From Methanocalculus taiwanensis (GTDB lineage: Archaea; Halobacteriota; Methanomicrobia; Methanomicrobiales; Methanocorpusculaceae): a DNA stretch of 24,000 nucleotides. Positions 15,044-21,675 of the stretch are shown here, in pieces. The DNA lies in assembly GCF_024372745.1 (NCBI RefSeq), contig NZ_VOTZ01000005.1, forward strand, positions 53,252-77,251, given 5' to 3'. Made by a program: the position numbers and the translations under genes. Below the pieces are notes generated by a model that was not told the origin of the DNA, ran no database searches, and saw nothing but the letters and a program-made list of their open reading frames with translations. Numbering within the stretch: position 1 is the first letter of the stretch; every line of letters starts with the position of its first letter.

Positions 15044-17468
15044 AGAGTTCCTTTCGTACCCGTATAATCACATCGTCAGGATTTCTGAAGTAATCCATCA
15101 GGATGGCAGAAACCTCATGGTAATGCCGTATCTTTCGTATCCGCATCCATTCAAGCACCTCCTGCCTCCGTTTGAGTTCTTCCTGAATCCGGGTATCATC
15201 CCAGCCCCTCTCCTCCATGATATCCTCAAGGATATAGGATTTCCCAAGATACGATATCTCGTCGGTGGATGGTTTCCACCGGAATACTTCATTTGTAATT
15301 AGTTCATTTGTCCTTGGATCGATATCAAGAATCTCGATTATCTGCTTGTTTCTCCTGATCCTTTGCCCGCCGACCCTCGCCTGCACCTGGATCGAGACGA
15401 GGTTTAATGCGGATAACATGTTCCGGGGAACATTCATCGGTGGGTTCTCGAGGCGGTGCACCACACTTGCCACCGAGTCCGCGTGTATTGTTGAATAGGT
15501 AATATGGCCGGTGCTCATCGCCTGGAAGAGCGTCAGGGCTTCCCGCCCACGAACCTCGCCGACAAGGAGGTATTCCGGCCGCTGGCGGAGCGCCGCCCTG
15601 AGCAGTTCATAGAGATCGATCTCACCACGCCCCCCGGTATCAAATGAATCGCGGGTGACACTAGGAATCCAGTTTGCATGGGGCAGTTTCAGTTCACGGG
15701 TGTCTTCGAGTGTGATGATCTTTGCAAGCGGAGGCATGAAGAGTGAGATTGCGTTTAAGGAGGTGGTCTTTCCGGATGCCGTTCCTCCTGCAAAGAGGCA
15801 GGATTTTCCGCTCTCGACTGCAAGCCAGAGAAATGCTATCGAGAGGGGTGAGAAGGTCTTCCACTCGATCAGATCTGTTGGGGTGATTGGCTCCTCACGG
15901 AACTTCCGTATGGTGAATGTCGATCCATGTGCGGTCACCTCGGTCCCAAGGGTCATCTGGATACGGGATCCGTCAGACATTGTGGCGTCAAGGATCGGCT
16001 CAGCAATCGAGATATATTTTCCTGCCCTCTGGGCAAGTTTTGTGACAAATGAATCGAGATCAGCAGAATCGGTATAGCAGAGCGTCGTCTTCATCGATTC
16101 GTACCTGGTATGATAGACGAAGATTGGTGTATTCAGGCCGTCGCATGAGATATCCTCAATGAAGGGATCATGCATAATGGCATCGATCAACCCGTCTCCA
16201 ATAAACTCGCAATCCATCCGATAGAGTATCTTCTCCTCTTCTACAGGGCTGAGGTGGATATCATAATCTTCAATTATTTTGCGGCTGGCTTCACGGAGGA
16301 GGCTTTGGGTTTCTTCGCGGGAGAGACCGCGCGTACTGATATCCAGGCTCTCAAAGAGGCGGTGTTTGATCTCGGTGTAGAGCTCCTCCTCACCTTTTGT
16401 TATGGGGGGTTCAATCACCTGGTACGTGTACTCATGGGAGATCACATCGTAGAGGATGCGAATATACGCATAGGGGGGATGAACAGGATAGGTCTCAACC
16501 TCCTCAATACCCGCTGTTGGTATGAAACCAAGATCGACCAGCGACCCGTGTATGGCGGGATCATAGTCCTCCCGCAAACGTTTCTTTGGAGAGAGTCTTT
16601 GCAGGATGGAAGTGTTCTTTTTGCTTGCATCGAATCCGGCGTCTTCTCTCTGTTTGACTGATGGTTCCGTCCGGTTCCCTGCTGCAATCGTTGGAGATGC
16701 AGTTGTGATCACCACATCCTGGAGGGGGATGGGATGAGGGGGTTTATGATGCAGATCTTCTCTATCGATTGGGAGGGGCTGCTTATCACCCTCAAACCCC
16801 GGACTTCTGTAAGGGAGGGGCTCTGTATCATAAGGGTGATCCCGCTTCTCTCCATCTTCGTGGGTAGAAGCAAACAGCTCTTCAACGAGCTCTTCCAGAC
16901 TGTCGTTATCCTCCGGGATATCATTGTGTGCTGTCTCTCTATTCGGCCCGGAAAAGAACGGGAAAAAGCGATCACGTATTGTACCGGATTTAATGACGGG
17001 ATGAGTGGCATACGGTTCGCTGTCCCTCTCATAGCCATACGGCACTTCTTTCAAAGAAGCAGGTCCGGATTTCTTCTCTTCCTGGGGAAGGTGGTATATT
17101 TCTTCCCTGTCGGAGGTGCCCTCGTCTCCAATCAGAGGAATCTTCTTTTCAGAAGCTGGCTTCTTCTTTCTCCGAAGGTATGAAAAGATTCCTCTCCTCT
17201 CCGGATTATTTTTTGTCTTAATTGGGAACTGATCGTGTGGTTGGGAATCTGGTATGGATACAGGGCTTCCTTCATCAGGCTGCCAGGGAGTGACGGGATG
17301 TTCATCCTGAAGAACAGGTGTGGCAGATCCTTTTCCTTCTGTGGAAGCCGCCATCCCGGTTTGGGATCCCTGAGGTATGCCTTTTGTCTCCTGCATTTCT
17401 GCGGATGAATCCGGCTTCTTCTTTCTCTTCCAGAATGGGAAGATACGGTCCCGCATCCTCTTCCTCAT
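15030..17468 (-). CDS. FlaI/PilB/VirB11-family secretion ATPase (archaeal type IV pilus-like) with a ~300-aa low-complexity N-terminal extension
   Basis: The C-terminal ~500 aa carries Walker A FAGGTASGKTT, Asp box ITLEDTRELKL, Walker B LLVGEVRGREA, His box GHITYSTIHADS, and a FlaI-type N-domain (YPVHPPYAYIRILYD..YTYQVIEPP). The ATG at 17468 overlaps the upstream stop (ATGA). Confidence 0.9.
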   Translation of the reverse strand: MRKRMRDRIFPFWKRKKKPDSSAEMQETKGIPQGSQTGMAASTEGKGSATPVLQDEHPVTPWQPDEGSPVSIPDSQPHDQFPIKTKNNPERRGIFSYLRRKKKPASEKKIPLIGDEGTSDREEIYHLPQEEKKSGPASLKEVPYGYERDSEPYATHPVIKSGTIRDRFFPFFSGPNRETAHNDIPEDNDSLEELVEELFASTHEDGEKRDHPYDTEPLPYRSPGFEGDKQPLPIDREDLHHKPPHPIPLQDVVITTASPTIAAGNRTEPSVKQREDAGFDASKKNTSILQRLSPKKRLREDYDPAIHGSLVDLGFIPTAGIEEVETYPVHPPYAYIRILYDVISHEYTYQVIEPPITKGEEELYTEIKHRLFESLDISTRGLSREETQSLLREASRKIIEDYDIHLSPVEEEKILYRMDCEFIGDGLIDAIMHDPFIEDISCDGLNTPIFVYHTRYESMKTTLCYTDSADLDSFVTKLAQRAGKYISIAEPILDATMSDGSRIQMTLGTEVTAHGSTFTIRKFREEPITPTDLIEWKTFSPLSIAFLWLAVESGKSCLFAGGTASGKTTSLNAISLFMPPLAKIITLEDTRELKLPHANWIPSVTRDSFDTGGRGEIDLYELLRAALRQRPEYLLVGEVRGREALTLFQAMSTGHITYSTIHADSVASVVHRLENPPMNVPRNMLSALNLVSIQVQARVGGQRIRRNKQIIEILDIDPRTNELITNEVFRWKPSTDEISYLGKSYILEDIMEERGWDDTRIQEELKRRQEVLEWMRIRKIRHYHEVSAILMDYFRNPDDVIIRVRKELYEQL

Positions 17469-18079
17469 CCTCCGGCTCCATCAATTGATAATGGGATCTC
17501 CATATCTCCCCCGGGATATGATATGGTTGTAGTAGAAACCAGCCTGATACCCTCCCGCAGGCGGCATTCATACTCCCCTTTCAGAAGGCGGAATGAAGCC
17601 CTCCCATGCTGATCAAGTGCATCGGTTGCACATATACGACCTTCGTTCCAGAGCTCGATCCTGAGTCCTGGCTTTATAGCTGTGCCACCTTTTACTATGA
17701 TGGTGACCACTCCGATGCCCGGCTGCCCTGTTCCGGTTATGCTGCTCTTTTGGTCTTTTACCGATGCGTGGGCGAGCAAGCGTTCCGGATGGTAGATCCG
17801 CGCACGGGCAGCACGTTTTATTGCCTCCTCTTCAGAGAGGGGGAAAGCAAAATACCCTGGTGCAACCGGAAGCCTCAGTACTGCCACATCACCGTAGATT
17901 GTGCCGGCGGAATCGGCATATTCGGCGCCGGCAGGCTCTCCCCGGACAAAGATAAGTGATGCCAGCTGGCTGTTTCCTGCCCGATACCCGATGGTTCCGG
18001 AGAAATTCTCCTCTATTGCCGTTTGGATACAGTCTGCCAGTGATCCCGATCTGCTCTCTTTCTTTTTGACCTCAGGCAT
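17465..18079 (-). CDS. Hypothetical protein: possible PATAN/DUF4388-like domain plus a C-terminal beta-sandwich (carboxypeptidase-regulatory-like) domain
   Basis: GSLADCIQTAIEENFSGTIGYRAGNSQLASLIFVRGEPAGAEYADSAGTIYGDVAVLRLPVAPGYFAF follows the DUF4388 pattern (G.L....l......G.l......a.i.f..G....A......G..A...l....G.F.F) by eye. The C-terminus has ..TDALDQHGRASFRLLKGEYECRL... The start is set at ATG 18079 (aGGAGGa upstream), because the longer ORF to 18319 would overlap the divergent peptidase gene and promoter. Confidence 0.45.
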   Translation of the reverse strand: MPEVKKKESRSGSLADCIQTAIEENFSGTIGYRAGNSQLASLIFVRGEPAGAEYADSAGTIYGDVAVLRLPVAPGYFAFPLSEEEAIKRAARARIYHPERLLAHASVKDQKSSITGTGQPGIGVVTIIVKGGTAIKPGLRIELWNEGRICATDALDQHGRASFRLLKGEYECRLREGIRLVSTTTISYPGGDMEIPLSIDGAGG

Positions 18080-18124
18080 CTCTCCTGCTCCTCCTGTTCC
18101 GGCACCGATGTCTCTGGTTGGATT

Positions 18125-18164
18125 GTTTTTATTACCATGAGAATCTATGCCATGCCATATATAA
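18125..18164. promoter_or_regulatory. Divergent promoter region between the pilus-like operon and the prepilin peptidase gene
   Basis: atatataa (18157-18164) ends 26 nt before ATG 18190 on the plus strand. On the minus strand, taataaaaac (18125-18134) lies about 46-55 nt upstream of ATG 18079, leaving room for the SD-like AGGAGGA. Confidence 0.4.
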
Positions 18165-18189
18165 TCTATCAGCCAGAATAGTTCTTGTA

Positions 18190-18972
18190 ATGATACCATA
18201 TCTGGCCATCCCCTTTCTTGCGGTGGCATTGACATTTCTGTACGGATCTCTGCTGGATATCCGTGATCGCCGGGTTCCATTCCGGACATGGTACCCCATG
18301 ATCCTTGTATCGGTCCCATTTACGGGTTATCTCTACTACCTTCTTTTTATGGGGGATATCTCATGGTTTTTGATCGTAGTTCTTATTACCCTGGTCTTCT
18401 GCGGTGTGATGTATGCAATTGCATACTTTGGCCTTTTTGGTGGTGCAGATGCATGGGGGCTGATCTTTATTGCCCTTCTCATTCCGCTTTTCCCATTTGA
18501 ACCGCTTATTGGATATCCTCCTGTTCCGATCTTTGCATTCAGCGTCCTCACCAATGCGCTGATTTTAAACCTCTTCATACCGTTCTTCCTCTTCATCTAT
18601 AATACCCTCAAAGGAAACCGGGCACCTATATTATATCGCTTTATCGGATTTCCGGTACATTCAGACGATCTCCGATCTGTTTTTGGGTTTATCATCGAGG
18701 ATTTTGAAGAGACAACAGATGGTTTGCAGCGCAGGTTTATCCCGCTTACAGAGGCGATCAGCAGAATGGCAAAGGATGATCGTATCTATACACGGGATCT
18801 CCGTGAACACCCGGAGGAGTTCCAAAAGGAGCTTACACTGTATTCGAAGGCTGGTTCCGTCTGGATATCATATGGGGTTCCATTTTTCATCCCGATCACA
18901 GCCGGACTTATTATTTCATGCCTCATCGGCGACATACTCTTTACCCTTATGACGGCGTTTATGGGGGTGTGA
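18190..18972 (+). CDS. A24-family aspartyl peptidase (preflagellin/prepilin peptidase, FlaK/PibD/EppA-like)
   Basis: Polytopic membrane protein with the two catalytic-Asp contexts: LLDIRDRRVP near the N-terminus, and FGGADAWGL (GxGD-type). The start is taken at ATG 18190 (MIPYLAIPF..). Confidence 0.8.
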   Translation: MIPYLAIPFLAVALTFLYGSLLDIRDRRVPFRTWYPMILVSVPFTGYLYYLLFMGDISWFLIVVLITLVFCGVMYAIAYFGLFGGADAWGLIFIALLIPLFPFEPLIGYPPVPIFAFSVLTNALILNLFIPFFLFIYNTLKGNRAPILYRFIGFPVHSDDLRSVFGFIIEDFEETTDGLQRRFIPLTEAISRMAKDDRIYTRDLREHPEEFQKELTLYSKAGSVWISYGVPFFIPITAGLIISCLIGDILFTLMTAFMGV

Positions 18973-19334
18973 CTGGCTTGATTGAACTCATATTTCAGGA
19001 TGGGCTGATCCCTGTGGTTGTGCAGGATGCAGAGACACGCGAGGTGCTGATGGTTGCATGGGCAGATAAAGCGGCTGTCTCCCTGACGCTTGAGACCGGC
19101 TATGCCCACTACTACAGCAGGAGCAGGAGGAAAATCTGGAAGAAAGGGGAGGAGAGTGGGCATCTCCAGCATGTCATCCAGATCAGGACAGACTGTGATG
19201 CAGATACCCTCCTCTATCTCGTCTCACAATCCGGGGCTGCATGCCATATGGGATACCGCTCCTGCTTCTACAGGTCGCTTGATGGAACGATCCTCTTCGA
19301 TCGCATGATTGATCCAAAGACTGTGTACATATAA
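18969..19334 (+). CDS. hisI: Phosphoribosyl-AMP cyclohydrolase (HisI)
   Basis: ..GLIPVVVQDAETREVLMVAWADKAAVSLTLETGYAHYYSRSRRKIWKKGEESGHLQHV..IRTDCDADTLLYLV.Q.GAACH.GYRSCFY is the canonical HisI core. The start is ambiguous: GTG 18969, which overlaps the peptidase stop, or TTG 18978. Confidence 0.85.
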   Translation: MTGLIELIFQDGLIPVVVQDAETREVLMVAWADKAAVSLTLETGYAHYYSRSRRKIWKKGEESGHLQHVIQIRTDCDADTLLYLVSQSGAACHMGYRSCFYRSLDGTILFDRMIDPKTVYI

Positions 19335-19388
19335 TATCTCCTTCTCCCTCTTCAGGAAGCCTTCCTGAGCCCTCTGGTTTTGGGATCG

Positions 19389-19427
19389 TTTTTCCGGGTG
19401 GGTTGCGATCTGCTGATGAGGTTTTTT
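19389..19427 (+). terminator. Two oligo-T tracts (T5 at 19389-19393, T6 at 19422-19427) downstream of hisI, preceded by the small palindrome tcagga-agcct-tcctga
   Basis: Read directly. These are the first T-runs after the hisI stop at 19334. Confidence 0.4.
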
Positions 19428-19508
19428 AGGCAACAAAATTGTTGGATCTGAATACTTCTCTGCCTTTCAGGTTCCGAGTCTTTTCCTGCCGGTACGATGC
19501 GCATGATG

Positions 19509-19542
19509 TTTATATTCTAGTATCTCTTACGCTATTGCGTAA
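19509..19542 (+). promoter_or_regulatory. Strong TATA-like box (tttatatt) followed by the palindrome ttacgc-tatt-gcgtaa at the predicted start site
   Basis: TATA-like box at 19509-19516. Palindrome arms at 19527-19532 and 19537-19542. This lies about 215 nt upstream of the next annotated ATG (19756). Confidence 0.3.
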
Positions 19543-19561
19543 CAGAAAATAGAATAGCAGA

Positions 19562-19586
19562 GTCTGACTTGGATCCCGGGTCAGAC
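19562..19586 (+). other. Stable hairpin potential: gtctgac(ttgg atc ccgg)gtcagac
   Basis: 7-bp perfect stem, extendable to 11 bp as RNA with two G-U pairs and two G-C pairs, with a 3-nt loop. It lies inside the long intergenic region, downstream of the TATA-like box. Confidence 0.4.
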
Positions 19587-19755
19587 GTATACGATATTAG
19601 CGGTGATCCGGGGTCTTCCATATCGGAACGTATATGAATAATGGCACATATCGGGGCGATAAAATACAAAAAAGGCTGATTATTGCCGGTAATGGTAATG
19701 GTAGGCCTATTTTCTCTCCGATATCCATAACCGAGATGATAATGGTAGAATTTTT

Positions 19756-21666
19756 ATGAAACTGGTACCTGATACAAGCGTTGTCATTGATGGGCGCATA
19801 ACATCAATGATCAAAACCGGTGAATGCAAAGATGCAACAATAATCATTCCTGAGGCTGTTTTCGCAGAACTTGAGGCACAGGCAAACCACGGGCGGGAGA
19901 TCGGTTTTTCCGGTCTGACAGAGATCCAGGAACTCTGCAGAATGCGGGATGAGGGGCTGATCGAACTGAAATTTGTGGGCGAACGTCCAAAGCTGGAGCA
20001 GGTGAAACTGGCGAGCGGCGGCGAAATCGATTCGATGATCCGGAATGCCGCCATTGAGTACGAAGCCTCATTTATGACCTCCGACATCGTTCAGGCGGAG
20101 GTTGCACGGGCAAAAGGGATCCCCGTCATCTTCATGAAGGCGCAGCAGGAGAACTTCACACCGCTTGGGATCGATCACTTTTTTGATGAGAATACCGTTG
20201 CCATCTATCTCAAGGAGCGGGTAGCTCCCTATGCCAAGAAGGGGCGGTTGAAGGAGATGCGACTTGAACAGATACGCGAATCCCCGATGACCGAGTATGA
20301 GCTCAGGAAACTGGCACAGGAGATTCTCGAACGTGCAAAACGCCATCCTGATGGCTTCATCGAGATTGAGAAGAAGGGTGTGACGGTTGTACAGATTGGA
20401 TCGCTTCGAATCGCAATCACCAGGCGCCCGTTCTCTGATGGAATGGAGATCACGGTGATCCGTCCGATCGCAGATATCTCGCTTGAAGATTACAGCAGAT
20501 CTGATGAGATTAAAGAATCGATCATCAGCGGGAGATCAGGCACGCTCATCGTCGGTCAGCCAGGCTCAGGAAAATCGACACTGGCGCAGAGCATCGCTAT
20601 ATTCCTTGCGGATCGCAATTTCGTCGTGAAGACGATGGAGACACCCCGTGATCTTCAGGTGCCGGATCATATCACTCAGTATACGGCACTGGATGGGAGC
20701 ATGGAACAGACGGCAGAACTTCTCAGCCTCGTCCGGCCTGATTTTGTCATCTTCGATGAGATCAGGAAACCGGGTGATTTCTCGATCTATGCCGATCTCC
20801 ATCTTTCGGGCATTGGCATGATCGGTGTTCTTCATGCACACAGGGTTCAGGATGCAATCCAGCGGCTCCTTTCACGGATTGATTTCTGTATCCTGCCTCA
20901 GGTGATCCCCTCGATCATCTTCGTCTCCGAAGGTCAGATCGAAAAAGTCTATTCGGTTACGTTATCGATCGGCTATCCGACTGGCCTTGAACAGCTGGGA
21001 ATGGAGCTCTCTCCCTCACCGATCGTTACGGTAGCAGATAACGAGACCGGCCTTCCTGTGGTTGAGATCTTCCGCTATGGCGGGGAGACGATTGTGTATC
21101 CGGCACATCAGTCAGCTGTTCCTATGGAAAACCCCTGCAATGATGCTGCTGATGAATTAGTATCAGAACCTGAGGTTCCAACACAGTGGCAGATGATTGA
21201 AAAAGAGATCCTAAAAGAGATCGGCAGATTCACGGAAGGGGATGTGGATGTCCGGATGATCTCGGATTCAAAAGCCACTGTCTATATCGAGGATCGTGAT
21301 ATACCGGCTGCAATTGGAAAAGGAGGGAAAAATATCGCTTCAATTGTCAACAAGGTCGGTGTCGGAATTGATATCCGTTCACGTTCGGAACTGGATGCTT
21401 CTTTGGTCAAAGGAATTGAAGAGCCAACTGCTCAAGCTCAACCCTCAGAGGGGGTGACGATCAGGACAGATAAGAAATACCTGATTCTTGCCTGTCCTGA
21501 GCATGCCAGCAAGATCGTCGATGTCTTCTCCGGTAAGGAATACCTCTTTACCGGAACCGTGGAAGAGAACGGGGAGATCCTCCTTGCACGGAACAATTCC
21601 ATTGCACAGGAGATGCTCAGGCGGGATGCTGAGGGTGAAAAGATAACCGTTCGTCCGGTGGAGTAA
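19756..21666 (+). CDS. Conserved archaeal PIN domain - PilT-like P-loop ATPase - KH domain protein (COG1855-type)
   Basis: N-terminal PIN (MKLVPDTSVVIDGRI....IIIPEAVFAELE....D..I...A.....SFMTSD). Walker A GQPGSGKST, Walker B-like DFVIFDEIR, and KH GxxG loop IGKGGKNIASI. Confidence 0.85.
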   Translation: MKLVPDTSVVIDGRITSMIKTGECKDATIIIPEAVFAELEAQANHGREIGFSGLTEIQELCRMRDEGLIELKFVGERPKLEQVKLASGGEIDSMIRNAAIEYEASFMTSDIVQAEVARAKGIPVIFMKAQQENFTPLGIDHFFDENTVAIYLKERVAPYAKKGRLKEMRLEQIRESPMTEYELRKLAQEILERAKRHPDGFIEIEKKGVTVVQIGSLRIAITRRPFSDGMEITVIRPIADISLEDYSRSDEIKESIISGRSGTLIVGQPGSGKSTLAQSIAIFLADRNFVVKTMETPRDLQVPDHITQYTALDGSMEQTAELLSLVRPDFVIFDEIRKPGDFSIYADLHLSGIGMIGVLHAHRVQDAIQRLLSRIDFCILPQVIPSIIFVSEGQIEKVYSVTLSIGYPTGLEQLGMELSPSPIVTVADNETGLPVVEIFRYGGETIVYPAHQSAVPMENPCNDAADELVSEPEVPTQWQMIEKEILKEIGRFTEGDVDVRMISDSKATVYIEDRDIPAAIGKGGKNIASIVNKVGVGIDIRSRSELDASLVKGIEEPTAQAQPSEGVTIRTDKKYLILACPEHASKIVDVFSGKEYLFTGTVEENGEILLARNNSIAQEMLRRDAEGEKITVRPVE

Positions 21667-21675
21667 CATAAAAAA

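Noticed and set aside
18080-18319. Longer 284-aa version of the first pilus-operon gene (start 18319), and longer peptidase ORF (start 18118).
   Set aside because: The two extensions would overlap each other on opposite strands and swallow the divergent TATA-like boxes. The internal ATGs (18079 with an SD-like AGGAGGA; 18190 at 26 nt from a TATA-like box) give a coherent promoter layout.
19411-19451. C/D-box sRNA-like pattern: cTGATGA (19413-19419), then 28 nt, then CTGA (19448-19451).
   Set aside because: The spacing is too short for the canonical archaeal C-D'-C'-D layout. No internal D'/C' boxes are visible and there is no terminal complementary stem. The T6 run inside it would terminate transcription. 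It is probably a chance occurrence of short motifs.
19689-19748. Micro-repeat ggtaat-ggtaat-ggtagg, and a nearby gataatggtag.
   Set aside because: It is only about three short imperfect units within an AT-rich spacer. That is too short to call a tandem repeat or CRISPR-like feature.
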